Positions 48,727 through 57,241 of a DNA stretch of 64,000 nt are shown piece by piece. Position numbers and translations under genes: made by a program. Under the pieces are notes generated by a model, which was given only the letters and a program-made list of their open reading frames with translations, was not told where the DNA came from and did no database searches. Location: contig CAZSNP010000011.1 of NCBI GenBank assembly GCA_964608265.1, positions 15,488-79,487 of the forward strand. The letters run 5' to 3'. The stretch's first letter is position 1, and each line of letters starts with the position of its first letter. Origin of the DNA: an uncultured Anaerolineales bacterium (lineage in GTDB: Bacteria > Chloroflexota > Anaerolineae > Anaerolineales > UBA6663).

Positions 48727-49806
48727 TCACGCAGGGATGAAGTAAAACACCACGGCCAGGATCACGTACACCGCAATCAATTGCGCGCCTTCGAGCCAGT
48801 TCGTTTCACCGTCGGCCGCGACGAGGTTGGCGACCAACACGGCGGCGATCAGGGCAACCACTTCAAATTGATTGAAAACCAGATTGAGATACTGTCCGAA
48901 GCCGAGCGCGACGAACACCAGCACCGGCGCGACAAAGATGGCGATCTGCAGGCTGGAGCCGAGCGCAATCTCCAGGCTCAGGTCCATCTGATTCTTGATC
49001 GCTACCTGAACGGCCACGAGGTGCTCGGCCACGTTGCCGATGAGGGGGATGAGGATGAGGCCGATGAAGAACTCGCTCAGGCCGAAGGTCTCGGTCACCA
49101 CCTCCACATCGTGGACGAGGATCTCGCTCATCCACACCGTCGCCCCGGTGGCCAGCGCCAGTACGATCATAGAGGTGCGCACGCTCCAATGGGGGGCCTC
49201 GGATTCCGCGCCGCCCGCATGCTCGAGGGCGGTTTTGTCATTGCCCCGCAACGCGAAGTACAGGCCCAGCCCATAGACGATGATCATCACCACCGCCACC
49301 CCGATGCTGATGTATTCGGTGGTGAGCAGGGGCAGGGTCTCACCTTCGAGCGTATGGTTGAAGAGGGAGGGAATGGCGAGCGCGACGACGGCCAGCACCA
49401 GCATGGTGGCATTCGTGCCGACATGCGCGCGGTCGAAACGCTGAGCCCCGTTCTTCAGCCCGCCGAGCAACAAGCTCGCCCCCATCACCAACAGCAGATT
49501 GCCGAGGATCGAACCGGTGATGGAGGCCTTCACCAAATCGAGCAGCCCGGCGCGGATGGCGACGATGGTGATGATGAGTTCCGCCGCGTTGCCCAGGGTG
49601 GCGTTGAGCAGCCCGCCGATCTTTGGGCCGGTGACGACGGCCAGCGCCTCGGTGGCCTCGCCGATCAGCCCGGCCAGCGGGATGAGGCCGGCGCAGGCGA
49701 CGATGAAGGTGAAGATGGGCGAGGCGCCGGCCTGGCTGGCGATGATGGCCGTTGGGATGGCGAGCAGCAGATAATAGACAGGCTTGATAGATTTCAGGAA
49801 TGCCAT
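48727..49806 (-). CDS. Ca2+/H+ antiporter (CaCA family)
   Basis: Start at MAFLKSIKPVYY with GGAGGG upstream. Alpha-repeat motifs GNAAELIITIVA and GNVAEHLVAVQVA. About 11 TM segments. Confidence 0.85.
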   Translation of the reverse strand: MAFLKSIKPVYYLLLAIPTAIIASQAGASPIFTFIVACAGLIPLAGLIGEATEALAVVTGPKIGGLLNATLGNAAELIITIVAIRAGLLDLVKASITGSILGNLLLVMGASLLLGGLKNGAQRFDRAHVGTNATMLVLAVVALAIPSLFNHTLEGETLPLLTTEYISIGVAVVMIIVYGLGLYFALRGNDKTALEHAGGAESEAPHWSVRTSMIVLALATGATVWMSEILVHDVEVVTETFGLSEFFIGLILIPLIGNVAEHLVAVQVAIKNQMDLSLEIALGSSLQIAIFVAPVLVFVALGFGQYLNLVFNQFEVVALIAAVLVANLVAADGETNWLEGAQLIAVYVILAVVFYFIPA

Positions 49807-49858
49807 GCTGTTTCCCTCCGCGGGGTCGGGGCGGGATTGTAATCGAAGACCTGCAAAC

Positions 49859-49888
49859 AAAAAAACCCCGCCGCGAGGGACGACGGGG
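49859..49888 (-). terminator. Rho-independent terminator after csp
   Basis: Minus strand: ccccgtcg / 7 nt / cggcgggg stem with 1 mismatch, followed by TTTTTTG. Confidence 0.6.
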
Positions 49889-49920
49889 CTTCGGTTCGGT
49901 GTCAGAAGTGCAGTTCGCGC

Positions 49921-50133
49921 TTACAGCTTCACGACGTTCACGGCCTGCAGGCCCTTGGGGCCCTGCTGCACCGTGAACTCCACCTTCTCGCCTTCTTCCA
50001 GGTTACGGTAGCCTGCACCCTGAATGGCGGAGTAATGTACGAAGACATCCTCCCCACCGCCATCCGGGGCAATGAACCCGTAGCCCTTCTGGGGCTTGAA
50101 CCATTTCACCGTTCCGACGACACGCTCAGACAT
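49921..50133 (-). CDS. Cold-shock protein (CspA family)
   Basis: [21 protein letters not shown] (RNP1) and VFVHYS (RNP2). AGGAGG lies 5 nt upstream of ATG 50133. Confidence 0.92.
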   Translation of the reverse strand: MSERVVGTVKWFKPQKGYGFIAPDGGGEDVFVHYSAIQGAGYRNLEEGEKVEFTVQQGPKGLQAVNVVKL

Positions 50134-50406
50134 CTTGCCTCCTTGTGGCAAAAAAAGAAATGTGTGAGGGCTGGCTGGTTCCTGGGGGAAGGGTCAACAA
50201 AAATAGCTCACAGCGTGGGGAGTGGGCCGTGAGCTACAATCTTGCTGTCCTGATTCCTACGTGAACTGCTCGCATCCTTCGGGCGGGATTATACGAGGCC
50301 CCCCGGATTTGGTCAAGGAAAATCCCGCCCGTTGCCAACCGCGACCGTCAGACGGTTGACGTCCCCGGTCACCGGCGCTGATATCCCAGCCAGCAGGGAG
50401 AATGTC

Positions 50407-50625
50407 ATGATCGAGGTTGAGATCAAGACCCCGGTGCCACCCACCGAAGAGCAACTCGACAGGGCCATTCGTCTGGCCGAGGCCGAAGGCGCCATGCTCG
50501 GTGGCGGGCTGGACGAGTTCGTTTTGGCTATTCCCGCCTCAAGGCCCCATGCCGTTGAGCACGTGCGCTTTCTGGTCGCCCAGGCGCTGGGCGTGCTGTC
50601 TGTCATGGAAGCGGCCCGTGGCTGA
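50407..50625 (+). CDS. Hypothetical small protein (72 aa)
   Basis: ATG 50407 is preceded by GGGAGA, and a strong terminator follows. No family recognised. Confidence 0.35.
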   Translation: MIEVEIKTPVPPTEEQLDRAIRLAEAEGAMLGGGLDEFVLAIPASRPHAVEHVRFLVAQALGVLSVMEAARG

Positions 50626-50654
50626 AGGCACGCTCGACGAACCGGAGAAAAGCA

Positions 50655-50682
50655 AAAGCGGCTCTGCCAAGAGCCGCTTTTT
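50655..50682 (+). terminator. Rho-independent terminator
   Basis: aaagcggctct / gcca / agagccgcttt forms a perfect 11-bp stem running into TTTTT. Confidence 0.65.
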
Positions 50683-50956
50683 GTCCCGTGAGCCCGAGGC
50701 CCACTTGCTGCGCCAGACCGGCTCACATGAAATCGGGAATGTAAAGGGGGCACTCTTCTCCAGCCCCGTGCATGCAAATCGTGACCATCCGACCGGGCTT
50801 CATCGCAAACTTGTCAGGCAGATTGCCGCGGCCCTGAGATTGGCCATCATTGCCATGCTAATCGCTGCCACGTTTTTTGTGTCATAGTGGATTGCGCCAA
50901 AAACACATGGGCCGTCCCTTGAAACGTTGCTGCCCCACTCGGCGTGCCAGCACGGC

Positions 50957-52165
50957 TCAATTCATCTGCGTGTGCGACTGCAGGCCCGGCATCACCATCA
51001 AAAAATCACGGGCGAAGCGCTCGGCGTAGCTTTCGGTCAGCTCGCGGATGCGCTCGGCTTTGGGTGAGGCCACGATCAGCCCGGCGTGGTTCTTTTTGTC
51101 CAGCCGGAAGACGATCTCCGGGTCGGTATAGCCGGTGAGGTCGGGGCGCTCCTGTTGCGCCAGGCAGGTGACGATGCCGGCGTAGTGCTTCTTCACCTTT
51201 GGCAAGGTATACGGCTCACCGGCGATGTGCGCGGCCTCGATGTTGGCCCACTCACGCCACAGGTTGACGCCGCTGGCGTGCTCCACCGCATCGGCGATGT
51301 TGGCCCCGCCCACCCGCGACGCGCACTCGATGAAGTACACCCGCTCATCGGCCTGCGCCCTGAGGAACTCGGCGTGCGTGGCCCCGCGCTCCATCCCCAG
51401 CGCCCTGAGCATCAGCTTGTTGGCGGCCAGCATCTCCTTCGCCAGCGCCGAGCGGTCGCCGAGCGTGCGGGTGACGAAGACGCCGCCATCCTGGTACACC
51501 GTGAGCGGCGGGCGCGCGTACTGGCTGACGGCGGCGAATATGACCTTGCCGTTGTCAACCAGTGAATCCACGTGAAAGACATCGCCGGCCACAAACTGCT
51601 CGAAGACGTAGAACGACTGCTGATCGCCCAGCTCGTCGAGCGCGCGCCAGAGTTGGTCGGGATCGGCAATCCGGCGGATGCCCATGCTGCTGGCCTCGCC
51701 GCGCGGCTTGAGCAGCCACGGCGGCGGCACGCGGCCCATGAACTCGCGGAGCGCGTCGTAGTTGAACACACCGGTGAACTCCGGGACGAGCACGCCACCG
51801 TCGCGCGCCACCGTCCGCATCGCCAGCTTGTCGCGGAAGTGACGGGCGAGCGTGCTGCCCGCGCCCGGCAGCCGCAGATGCTCGCGCAGGTCACCGGCGG
51901 TCTCCACGTCGAAGTCATCCAACGCCACGACCGAGTCGATCTTCCGCGCGCGCGCCAGGTAACTCACCGCGAACAAAATATCGGGCCGCTTGTCGAGCGC
52001 GGGCATGAAGAAAATCTCGTCAATGCTCTCGCGCGGCCACGGCTCGTTTTGATACTTCTCCTGCGACATCAGAATCACCCGATGCCCGGCGTGCTTGAGC
52101 GCGTGCAGGAAGTTGTCGCCTTTGTAATGGCTGGCGAGACACAGGAAGGTCAGCGGCTTATCCAT
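50957..52165 (-). CDS. ATP-grasp domain ligase (ATP-grasp_4-like), ligase B
   Basis: 402 aa. WLLKPRGEASSMGIRRI, FVFEQFVAGDVFHVDSL and THAEFLRAQADERVYFIECASRVGGANI show the ATP-grasp phosphate- and Mg-binding pattern. Confidence 0.72.
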   Translation of the reverse strand: MDKPLTFLCLASHYKGDNFLHALKHAGHRVILMSQEKYQNEPWPRESIDEIFFMPALDKRPDILFAVSYLARARKIDSVVALDDFDVETAGDLREHLRLPGAGSTLARHFRDKLAMRTVARDGGVLVPEFTGVFNYDALREFMGRVPPPWLLKPRGEASSMGIRRIADPDQLWRALDELGDQQSFYVFEQFVAGDVFHVDSLVDNGKVIFAAVSQYARPPLTVYQDGGVFVTRTLGDRSALAKEMLAANKLMLRALGMERGATHAEFLRAQADERVYFIECASRVGGANIADAVEHASGVNLWREWANIEAAHIAGEPYTLPKVKKHYAGIVTCLAQQERPDLTGYTDPEIVFRLDKKNHAGLIVASPKAERIRELTESYAERFARDFLMVMPGLQSHTQMN

Positions 52166-52173
52166 TCGATTTT

Positions 52174-52242
52174 GACAAGGTGATCGGGTGACAGGGTGGT
52201 ATTGCCGCTCACCCGGTCACCCGGTCATCCTGTCACCTTGTC
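52174..52242. repeat. Word-repeat hairpin (GACAAGGTGA / GGGTGACAGG vs CCTGTCACCTTGTC)
   Basis: Forward words at 52174-52195. Tandem GGTCACCC/GGTCATCC words, then the inverse at 52229-52242. It fills the gap between the GCS2 and ATP-grasp genes. Confidence 0.8.
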
Positions 52243-52247
52243 ATTCG

Positions 52248-53360
52248 TTACGACACCCCTTCTTCAGTCTCGCGGATCAACTGATCCACCACCGCCTTGA
52301 GGCTGCCGGTGCGTTTGAAGGTGGCCAATTGCCGGTCGGCGCTGGTGCCCTCCTCGAGGATGCGGTAGGCATATTCGATTTCGCGCCGGCTGCCCAGCTC
52401 GTCGGCCACGTCGCCGATGAACCACTCGATCATCTCGCGGATCAGTTCGCGCGCCGGCTTCTCCTCCTGCTTGCCCCAGTCGATGAGCTTGCCATCCAGC
52501 CCATACCGCACCGCCCGCCACTTGTTCTCGTCGATGAGGGTGCTCGGGTACAGGCGGAAGGTCATGTTGTCGCGCCGCAACTTCCAGGCTTTGTAGATCA
52601 GGGCCTGGAAGATGGCGGCGATGGCCACGCACTCATCCACCCGGGTGCAGACATCGCACACGCGGAACTCAAGGGTGGGATAGCTTTGATTGGGCCGCGC
52701 ATCCCACCAGATCTTGCTGCCATCGGGGATGCACTTGGTATTGACGAGCGTTTGCTTGAGCTGATCGAACTCGCTGCGCGAGTGCATGATCGGCGGGATG
52801 CCGGTGCGGGGGAAGTTGCGGAAGATGATGCTGCGATAGCTCTTGAGGCCGGTGTTCTCGCCGACCCAGAACGGCGAACTCGTGGACAGGCAGAGCACGT
52901 GCGGCAGCAGGTAGCGCACGACGTTCATCGCGTCGATCACAAACTCCGGGTCCTCGATGCCGATATGCACGTGGGTGCCGAAGATGAGGAGTTGCTGCGC
53001 CAGCATCTGCATATCGGCCTTGACGCCGGCGTAGCGTTCGAAGGGGGTGATGGGCTGATCCTGCCAATTGGAGAACGGGTGCGTGCCGGCGGCGACGATC
53101 TTCAGCCCTTTGCGGGCCGCCAGCTCCATCACGCCCTTGCGCAGCCGAATCAGCTCCGCCCTGGCCTCCGCCGGCGTCGTGCACACCCTGGTGCCGACCT
53201 CGACGATGGATTGATGCAGCTCGGCCTTGATCTGCTCGGCCATTCGCAGTTTGCCCTCTTCGAGCATCTCGGTGATGTAAGACCTCAGTTCACGTGTTTC
53301 GGGGTCAACAATTTGATATTCTTCTTCAATGCCGATGCTGAGCGAGGGGCGGGTGAGCAT
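52248..53360 (-). CDS. Carboxylate-amine ligase, glutamate-cysteine ligase family 2 (YbdK-like)
   Basis: [26 protein letters not shown], and about 370 aa in length are typical of GCS2. Confidence 0.85.
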   Translation of the reverse strand: MLTRPSLSIGIEEEYQIVDPETRELRSYITEMLEEGKLRMAEQIKAELHQSIVEVGTRVCTTPAEARAELIRLRKGVMELAARKGLKIVAAGTHPFSNWQDQPITPFERYAGVKADMQMLAQQLLIFGTHVHIGIEDPEFVIDAMNVVRYLLPHVLCLSTSSPFWVGENTGLKSYRSIIFRNFPRTGIPPIMHSRSEFDQLKQTLVNTKCIPDGSKIWWDARPNQSYPTLEFRVCDVCTRVDECVAIAAIFQALIYKAWKLRRDNMTFRLYPSTLIDENKWRAVRYGLDGKLIDWGKQEEKPARELIREMIEWFIGDVADELGSRREIEYAYRILEEGTSADRQLATFKRTGSLKAVVDQLIRETEEGVS

Positions 53361-53504
53361 ACTGGCCTCCGGGTGTTGATTGCTTTATGAGTCCGTGAAA
53401 CGCGATGCCTGAAACGCGGGTTGTTGTACGGACAGGGTTTCGCCGCCGGGCAATGCGCCGGCCAGGCCGACGCGTCTCACGGGGCACAGTCCCCGCTTCA
53501 CGCC

Positions 53505-54857
53505 TCACAGCCTTTTGTCCACCACGAACGTCGGCACCGTGCTGCCGCCGCCGGCAGTGACGTTGAGCAGCGACGCCGTCGACAGCCGGGTGAGGCAACC
53601 ATCCATGTATTGGCCGTACCAGACGAAGGGGTTGGTGTCGAGCATACGATCGTAAACCTCGACGCGACCGTCCACCAGGCTGGCGTACGGGAACTTGGGC
53701 AACGGCACGCGCCGCTGCACGATGGACGGGTCGTTCAGCCCGGCGCGCAGCGCGGCCTCCCACTTGCTCTGATCGGCCTCCCAGCCCAGCACGATGCCCT
53801 TGCCGCCGTACTCGTCGTTGGGCTTGAGGACGAACTCGTCCTTGTGTCTGGCCAGGAACGGCATCAAATCCACCGGCAAGCCGTTGTACGTCGTCTTGCG
53901 TTCCGCCAGCAACCGCGTCCACGGCACATAGCGCTCGATGGCGGCGCGCTCCCGGGCCGTGAACAACGACGCGTTGGCCTCGTCGCTCAGCACGGCCAGG
54001 CTGGCCTTCTTGTGCAAAATCTTGCACACAAACGGGTTGACCATGCAGACGGCGCCCTCACGCACCGCGCGGATGACGGGGTGCTCCAAGCCGCCACGGA
54101 TCACGAGTTCGCTGATCAGCACGCGCTTGTAGATGATGTGCACCGGGTAGCCGTCGGCGTACAGCTTGCCGTTCTCGTAGGCCACATCGCGCGGGTCGCA
54201 GATGGTGCAGTCGTAGCCGTGCGTGCGGAAGTATTCTCGGAAGAGGACGAATTCGCTGTACGTCGGCACTTCCTTCCAGTCGAGGATGGCGATGCGCGGG
54301 CGTTCGGTGCCGCCCCATTGTTTGTAGCAATCGAGCAGCGCGTGCAGCATGTGGTGGCGGCCGGGCAGCGGACGCACTTCGTACGTCTTCTCGAACTCGC
54401 GGATGACAGGCAGGGCGAAAAAGACCTCGGAGAGCACGTCGTTGTAGGCCACCGCCGCCGGGGTCTCGGCGTTGTACTCGGTGCACCACAGCGCATCGGC
54501 CTCGTCGAAGAACGTATCCATGCGCGCGGTCGGGCTGGGGGCGCGGAAGCCGGGGTCGGCGTGCACCAGCTCCTCCTCCCACTCGTTCAATCGAAATTGA
54601 TAGCGGAAGTCGGCGCTGGCCAGCGCGGCCTCGTGCATTTTCTGGAGCGCCGGCATGAGGATGCGAATAGCGGTCTGCAGGGCGTGATACTGCTGGGTGC
54701 TGAGGAAACGCGGGCGCAAGACCGTGCACAGCGGGCGGTCGCCGAAGAACAACCCGCGCTTTTGCTGCTGCTCGGTCAATTGCGCGTATGTATCCTGCGC
54801 CGTCTGCGGGTCGAGCAGGGAGTGGTAATGGTCAATGGTGGCGAGGATTTCTTGCAT
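53505..54857 (-). CDS. Glutathionylspermidine-synthase-like / circularly permuted ATP-grasp superfamily amidoligase
   Basis: ARMDTFFDEADALWCTEYNAETPAA (the R-x-D...E-x-N-A-(D/E)-T-P pattern of the GspS synthetase family), FVLKPNDEYGGKGIVLG, and LNVTAGGGSTVP. Confidence 0.55.
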   Translation of the reverse strand: MQEILATIDHYHSLLDPQTAQDTYAQLTEQQQKRGLFFGDRPLCTVLRPRFLSTQQYHALQTAIRILMPALQKMHEAALASADFRYQFRLNEWEEELVHADPGFRAPSPTARMDTFFDEADALWCTEYNAETPAAVAYNDVLSEVFFALPVIREFEKTYEVRPLPGRHHMLHALLDCYKQWGGTERPRIAILDWKEVPTYSEFVLFREYFRTHGYDCTICDPRDVAYENGKLYADGYPVHIIYKRVLISELVIRGGLEHPVIRAVREGAVCMVNPFVCKILHKKASLAVLSDEANASLFTARERAAIERYVPWTRLLAERKTTYNGLPVDLMPFLARHKDEFVLKPNDEYGGKGIVLGWEADQSKWEAALRAGLNDPSIVQRRVPLPKFPYASLVDGRVEVYDRMLDTNPFVWYGQYMDGCLTRLSTASLLNVTAGGGSTVPTFVVDKRL

Positions 54858-54867
54858 GTTCCGATTA

Positions 54868-54938
54868 CAGTAGCCAGTATCCGGTAGCCAGCAACGTGAT
54901 AAACAATCTGGCGACTGTGATCGGGCGACTGGCTACTG
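54868..54938. repeat. Word-repeat hairpin (CAGTAGCCAG ... CTGGCTACTG)
   Basis: Perfect 10-bp inverted pair at 54868-54877 and 54929-54938, with related words GGTAGCCAG, CTGGCGACTG and GGGCGACTGG in between. It fills an intercistronic gap. Confidence 0.85.
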
Positions 54939-54943
54939 TGATT

Positions 54944-55870
54944 TCAGGCGTTGAACAGCGTTGACCAGCGCAACTCCTTCACCTGCGGCTCCGGGGCCTT
55001 GGCCAGCCGGATGCACATATCGGCCATCTTTTCCACACACCAGCGGTGATACTCGCGCCCGGTGGAGTTGATGTCCATATCCGGCGCGGGGTTCATGAAG
55101 TCGATGGCGTAGGGGATGCCGTCGCGGATGGCCCACTCGATGGTGTTCATCTCGTAGCCCAGCGCGCGCACGATCAGGCGCGATTCCTCGATAATCTGAT
55201 CGAGGAGCTTCGGCGGCATCTCGGGCGGCAGATACTTGCGCGTATCGGGGTCGTACTTGCGCACGTTGATGTGCTGGCGATCAATGCACATACAACGCAC
55301 GTACATCCCTGGGTCCCACTTGATGAACTCCTGCAACACCATCGTTAGCAGGCCCGATTGGTTGTAGGCATTCCACAAATCATCCATGCTGCGGCAGACA
55401 TGCACCTGTTTCCAGCCGCCGCCGTGCGCGTCTTTGAGAATCACCGGAAAGCCGCCGACGCTGTTGACCAGGCCTTGCCAGTCGATGGGGTATTCGAGGT
55501 TGCGCAGGCTTTCGGTGTGGACGATGCCGGGCACATAGTCTTTGTTGGGCAGGGCCACCGTGCGCGGGCTGTGGATGCCGAGCTTGGTGATGAGCGAGGC
55601 CCCGAAAAACTTGTCATCCGCCGTCCACATGAAGGGGTTGTTGACGACGTGCGTGCCCTGCAGCAGCGCGTTCTTGAGGTATGAGCGGTAGTAGGGGACT
55701 TCGTGCGAGATGCGGTCAATCAGCACGGCGTAGTCGCACGGCGCGTTCATCGGCGTGCCGCCCAACTTGGCGTACTCGGCCATGACGCCGGCGTTGCGCC
55801 CATTCACTTCCTCGATGAAGGCCGGGGGCCACGACCACTCGCGCCCGACGATGACGCCGATCTTGAGCAT
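54944..55870 (-). CDS. ATP-grasp domain ligase (RimK-like size), ligase A
   Basis: Start at MLKIGVIVGREW with CAGGAGA upstream. FPVILKDAHGGGWKQVHV, MVLQEFIKWD and NTIEWAIRDGIPYAIDFMNPAPD. Confidence 0.7.
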   Translation of the reverse strand: MLKIGVIVGREWSWPPAFIEEVNGRNAGVMAEYAKLGGTPMNAPCDYAVLIDRISHEVPYYRSYLKNALLQGTHVVNNPFMWTADDKFFGASLITKLGIHSPRTVALPNKDYVPGIVHTESLRNLEYPIDWQGLVNSVGGFPVILKDAHGGGWKQVHVCRSMDDLWNAYNQSGLLTMVLQEFIKWDPGMYVRCMCIDRQHINVRKYDPDTRKYLPPEMPPKLLDQIIEESRLIVRALGYEMNTIEWAIRDGIPYAIDFMNPAPDMDINSTGREYHRWCVEKMADMCIRLAKAPEPQVKELRWSTLFNA

Positions 55871-55930
55871 GTGCAGTCTCCTGTCTAAGCTGAGGCGTGA
55901 ATACAAACACAGCACTCCTACGAGCGCCGC

Positions 55931-56152
55931 TCATAGGAGTGCAACGAATTCGTCCACGTTCAAACCGGTCTGGCGAATGATGGCGCGCAGCGTCCCACGG
56001 TCGAGCTCTTTGTGATCGGGTATGGTCACTTGACAAAACGGCTCCGCTCGCCGGAAGATCATGTGATTGCCCTCTTAACGCTTGAAGACAAGGCCGGCCT
56101 TGAGCAAGGCTGAGGCACACTCACGGCCCGACACGCGCGGCAGTTTGCTCAT
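55931..56152 (-). pseudogene. hicA: HicA toxin gene with an in-frame TAA at codon 26
   Basis: MSKLPRVSGRECASALLKAGLVFKR*EGNHMIFRRAEPFCQVTIPDHKELDRGTLRAIIRQTGLNVDEFVALL. The stop at 56077..56075 sits where HicA proteins usually have Gln (CAA). ATG 56152 overlaps the hicB stop (ATGA). Confidence 0.75.
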
Positions 56153-56355
56153 ACCGCGACGAGCAAAGCTTCAAACCGTTCTTCCGGAATGGGCAGACCA
56201 TCGTCTTTGAGCGCCGCCACATAACCGGCGATGGCCTCGCGGATATTGGCGATGGCTTGCTCCTTAGAGTCACCCTGACTGACGCAGCCGGGCAGGCTGG
56301 GACACTCGGCCACCCAGTATCCATCCTCACCGGGGTATAGGAGTATTTGACGCAC
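56149..56355 (-). CDS. hicB: HicB-family antitoxin (UPF0150)
   Basis: MRQILLYPGEDGYWVAECPSLPGCVSQGDSKEQAIANIREAI is the canonical HicB N-terminal fold. Confidence 0.85.
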   Translation of the reverse strand: MRQILLYPGEDGYWVAECPSLPGCVSQGDSKEQAIANIREAIAGYVAALKDDGLPIPEERFEALLVAV

Positions 56356-56411
56356 GACGTATTCTCCTTTTTAGTCCATCAGTTGCTCACGCCCATTATG
56401 CCATTAATCCC

Positions 56412-57143
56412 TCAGAACTTGGCCCCAAGATAATACGGCAGCATCTTGCGCCAGGTCGGCCAGTCGTGCGGCATGTCGAACCCCCACAAATCCAGCTCGT
56501 GCGGGATGCCCTTGCCGCCCAGCACATTCGCCAGATCGCGGGACGATTGCGGGTTCTCGTAGCTGCCCTGCCCGCTCAGAATATAGATGTGCTTTTTCGC
56601 CCGGAGTTGATTCAGCGTCTCCCCCTCCGGCATGTTCGGGATGAAGGCCAACGGGTCGTTAAAGTACACGTTCTCATCGTAATAGCCGTCGGTGAAGTTG
56701 CGGATGCTGAAGTTGCCGCTCATGGCGATCATGCCGTCGAACAAATCCGGGCGGCGGAAGAGCTGGTTGGCGGCGTGATAGCCCCCCAGGCTGGCCCCGG
56801 TGTTGATGATGCCGACCTTGCCCTTGCAACTGCCCCAGATGTACGGCACGACTTCCCTGGTCACGTACTCGTTGTACAGATGCTGCATCCACACCCGGTG
56901 GCCTGGATGCGCGTCGCGGTTCATCCACGCCTGCCGGTTGATGCTGTTGATCGAGAAGACCTTGACCTTGCCCGCGTCGATGTGATGGGCGATGGCGTCG
57001 ATCAAATGAAAGCGCTCGTACTCGAGGTAATCCGCGGCGGCGGTGGGGAACATCAGCAACGGGAAGCCGTAGTGCCCGTAGGTCACGATCTCCATATGCT
57101 GATTCAAACTCGGGCTGTGCCAGCCATCAATGAAGCGATCCAT
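56412..57143 (-). CDS. Esterase family alpha/beta hydrolase (PF00756-like), paralog 1
   Basis: Start at MDRFIDGWHSPSLNQHMEIVTYG with GAGGAGA upstream. Nucleophile elbow GASLGGY. Confidence 0.7.
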   Translation of the reverse strand: MDRFIDGWHSPSLNQHMEIVTYGHYGFPLLMFPTAAADYLEYERFHLIDAIAHHIDAGKVKVFSINSINRQAWMNRDAHPGHRVWMQHLYNEYVTREVVPYIWGSCKGKVGIINTGASLGGYHAANQLFRRPDLFDGMIAMSGNFSIRNFTDGYYDENVYFNDPLAFIPNMPEGETLNQLRAKKHIYILSGQGSYENPQSSRDLANVLGGKGIPHELDLWGFDMPHDWPTWRKMLPYYLGAKF

Positions 57144-57167
57144 CCCGTGTCTCCTCGAGATGTAGGG

Positions 57168-57241
57168 CGTGAAACGTAAATCGTGAAACGTGATCAGCGA
57201 AGCGACTCTCACGTTTCACGCATCACGCATCACGCATCACG
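57168..57241. repeat. Word-repeat hairpin (CGTGAAACGT x2 / TCACGTTTCACG) plus a CACGCAT heptamer tandem x3.5
   Basis: cgtgaaacgt at 57168-57177. cgtgaaacgtga at 57182-57193 pairs perfectly with tcacgtttcacg at 57209-57220. cacgcat repeats at 57217-57237, then cacg. Confidence 0.88.

Noticed and set aside
50417-50887. 156-aa plus-strand ORF.
   Set aside because: It reads straight through a strong rho-independent terminator (50655-50682) and is out of frame with the better-supported 72-aa ORF. No motifs were recognised.
52188-54887. 400-aa and 488-aa plus-strand ORFs (52188-53390 and 53421-54887).
   Set aside because: They are antisense to the GCS2 and GspS-like ligase genes, which carry family motifs. 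The compositions are Arg/Gly/Ala-rich.
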